64,000 nucleotides of DNA from NCBI RefSeq assembly GCF_009914755.1, contig NC_060926.1. One strand, 5' to 3'. A program made the position numbers and the translations under genes. Source of the stretch: the human T2T-CHM13v2.0 reference genome, Homo sapiens. Below, piece by piece: positions 60,915-64,000 of this stretch (position 1 is its first letter; each line of letters opens with the position of its first letter). The notes under the pieces are model-generated. The model saw nothing but the letters and a program-made list of their open reading frames with translations. It was not told where the DNA came from and did not search any database.

Positions 60915-61627
60915 ATCAAAGCCACAATGAGATACCATCTCACGCCAGTTAGAATGGCGATCATTGAAAAGTCAAGAAACAACAGATGCTGGAGAGGATG
61001 TAGACAAATAGGAACACTTTTACACTGTTGGTGGGAGTTGCAAATTAACTCAACCATTGTGGAAGAGTGTGGCGATTCCTCAAGGATATAGAACCAGAAA
61101 TACCATTTGATCCAGCAATCCCATTACTGGGTATATGCCCAAAGGATTATAAATCATTCTACTATAAAGACACATGCACACATATGTTTATTTGAGGCAA
61201 TGACTTAGAACCAACCCAAATGCCCATTAGTGATAGACTGGATAAAGAAAATGTGGCACATATATACCATGGAATACTATGCAGCCATAAAAAAGGATGT
61301 TCATGTCCTTTGCAGGGACATGGATGAAGCTGGAAACCATCATTCTCAGCAAACTTACAAAAGAACAGAAAACCAAACACCGCATATTCTCACCCATAAG
61401 TAGGAGTTGAACAATGAGAACACATGGGCACAGGGAGGGGAACATCACACACCAGGGCTTGTCAGGGAGTGGGGGGCAAGGTGAGGGATAGCATTAGGAG
61501 AAATACCTAATGTAGATGACGGGTTGATGGGTGCACCAAACCACCATGGCACATGTGTACCTATGTAACAAACCTGCACGTTCTGTGCATATATCCCAGA
61601 ACTTAAAGTATAATAATTAACAAAAAA
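60915..61627 (+). mobile_element. 5'-truncated L1PA (L1PA7/8-like) 3' end
   Basis: ORF2 C-terminus ([27 protein letters not shown]) plus 3'UTR; 16-bp TSD gaaaa(t/c)acatagtcat at 60899-60914 and 61628-61643. Confidence 0.96.
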
Positions 61628-62309
61628 GAAAACACATAGTCATTTCTGATTAATTGAACATAAATTCAATTGAATGGCAACTGTGAATATTGTGTAGCAG
61701 GATGTTTTCACTGGACATAAGGGATGTATTTAATATATGAACTCAACATTTTAGGCAGGATAAAAATGCAGACAAGTAACTATAACACATGGCCATGTTT
61801 AGTCATGGTATTAACTGCTACCAGAACACCAATGTAGTAAAAATGGATACTTTTCTAGGGTATTGGGAAGTCTTAAAGTAGAGGAATCATCTGATCTCAG
61901 TTTTGAAGGGTGCATATAATTTAGACAAGTCAAGATTCAATGGGCTAAGAATATTCCGAACAAAATCATAGAATCTGCAATGGCCAGAGTATTTTCCAGA
62001 AACAGGCCTCAAACCAAGATGTTAAAAATGTTAAAATGATGGGAAATAGAGTTGACAGGTAAGGAAGTTTAGATGCATTTTCACCACCAAGTTCTTTCTC
62101 TCAGGTTTTCTGGAAAGACATGTTGATGAAATTCTAATCTTAGACCCCCGGAGATTGAAATCCCTCATAAGCAAGAACTGACCTTCAGCTTTCTTTAATA
62201 GGCTTCCTTACAGTTTTCCAAAGTAACTTAGGACAGCATGGTGAAGAACAGGAAAGGAAATTGTAGCTAAACACTCATAGGAACTTCAGTTAAAATGAAA
62301 CTCAAAACA

Positions 62310-62510
62310 GTTCATCTATGTTACATGCCAGCACTGTGCTAAGCATTTTACATATTTTAGCTAATGTTCAAAGCAACTTTGTGACAGACATGAGCGTTTT
62401 ATTTGTGAGAAAGCTGAGTTTAAGTACCTTGCCCAAGGTCAAACAACTAGTTAACAAGAGCTAGAATTTTACTACAGTCTAACTCCCAAATTTAAATTTA
62501 TATCCACTAT
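62310..62510 (-). mobile_element. MIR SINE
   Basis: tgccagcactgtgctaagcattttacat...ccttgcccaaggtcaaacaactagttaac. Confidence 0.8.
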
Positions 62511-63802
62511 ATTATATGACTACCAATCACTTTTCAAGTACTGATTTAAATAGGTGGGATTAGCTCTTTGGTTTGCCATGTGAAAGGAGGGATTTGGAGG
62601 CATTATTTTCTTTTAGTTTATTTGTTCTTTTTGCAAAGTTATTTCTGCTTTAGAATGCTATTTGCATCAAACCATATGAAGAATGCTCATGAGGAGCATC
62701 CAGTATTTATAACTAGGAAATAAGCTATAATTAACTACTTTATGGAAAAAATAACTGAATAGCTGTCTAAAGATTGGTCAATTCTAACTGATCAACTGGC
62801 TAGTGATTTTTCTATCAGCCTAAAGTATTTACTATTCCCTTGTGTCAAATTTCATTCCATAAAGAATAGAGGGCTAGGCCTAACTGGAGAATAAATCTCA
62901 GGCATGCATCATGAGAAATATAGATTTTATTTTATCTTCTACAAATAACTTGTCATGGAGGTGCCTGGAACTTCAGAAAAAAATTGGAGTTCTACAGACT
63001 AAAGTGCAGGTAAATTGGAAAAGTATAAACCCTTCCCTCTTTTTCTTTCAAACAATTTAAAATCCAAGTCATGTGCTTTTTGATTTTTAAAAAAATATAG
63101 ACCAGTCTGCAACTCCAAATGCCACAAAATGCCATAGAAATAAAAATGGATGGCTAACCTTTGAGGAAGTACTAACATGGCCACAATAATTCTGACCTTC
63201 ACCAGTTCAGTACTTTGATAACAGCTTTGTCATTCATTTATTTGGAGTACTTTTAAATATTATGTAATGGGCTAAAAAATTTTCTTGACCAAGCAGTATT
63301 TAATGGAGCAATACAAACAGGTATGTGTCCTATAAGATGATTATTTGATTAGTAAAATAAAAATTTTGAAAAGGCCGACTGTCAGAAGAAGAAATTGGAT
63401 ATAAAACACTAAACCAAATCAACCCACACCCTGATATTTATTTTCACATTCAGAAGGGAAAATCCGCTAATATCCAATTATTTATTTTCCATGTCAAAGG
63501 AGAGCTTTAGATTCGTGTTACAATTAACCGTATGGCATGATTCGTTGCAAACTATACTTTCTCTGCAATTTACTTGTAATTAATTTTCTTCTTTTTAATC
63601 TTTGGAAACTGGCTTTTGTTTCTGTCCCCCCCTTTAATTTATGTAATGATTGTCCATTGACTGCAGAATTATATTTGGGTGTGGCACATTAAAATGAGGC
63701 TGGAGTAATGTGTGTAGAGATATTTGTAATGTCTGCTTTCTACTTGAAGCTAGGTCATATAAATTAGAAACCATCCTAGATGACAGAAAAATCAACGACT
63801 AG

Positions 63803-63805
<3 letters not shown>

Positions 63806-63849
<44 letters not shown>
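63806..63849. repeat. (AT)22 microsatellite
   Basis: Perfect alternating AT tract. Confidence 0.97.
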
Positions 63850-63851
<2 letters not shown>

Positions 63852-64000
63852 CCTAAGCCACAGCAATATTTGCTGAAAACTCCAAAACAATTTCACTTTG
63901 AAGGGAACAATTTTCAGCTCAACTGAAAGTACAGCAAAAGGGTTAGGAAAAAGAAAAAGAGAAGGTGATTTGAAAAGAAACATGAAGTTGGTCATGAGCA

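Overview
AT-rich, repeat-dense primate DNA. An SVA element means a hominoid, and its SVA_D/F-like features suggest human or African great ape. It is most likely intronic or intergenic, and I see no supportable protein-coding gene. The window opens inside a + strand L1PA (L1PA3/4-like) whose ORF2 is interrupted by a 5'-truncated antisense SVA (489-2541, perfect 17-bp TSD). The rest is Alus (several with intact TSDs), old L1M, L2, CR1/L3, MIR, MaLR/ERVL LTRs and DNA-transposon relics. The stand-out signal is in the SVA: dozens of one-directional T>C changes on the + strand (A>G on the SVA RNA strand), in blocks across SINE-R, VNTR and the Alu-like region. This looks like an ADAR A-to-I hyper-edited RNA that was reverse-transcribed and fixed in the genome. 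A very old CR1/L2-clade RT fossil at about 19.3-20.2 kb is also notable. Subfamily calls and consensus comparisons are from recalled consensus sequences, not computed alignments, and boundaries of old repeats are approximate.
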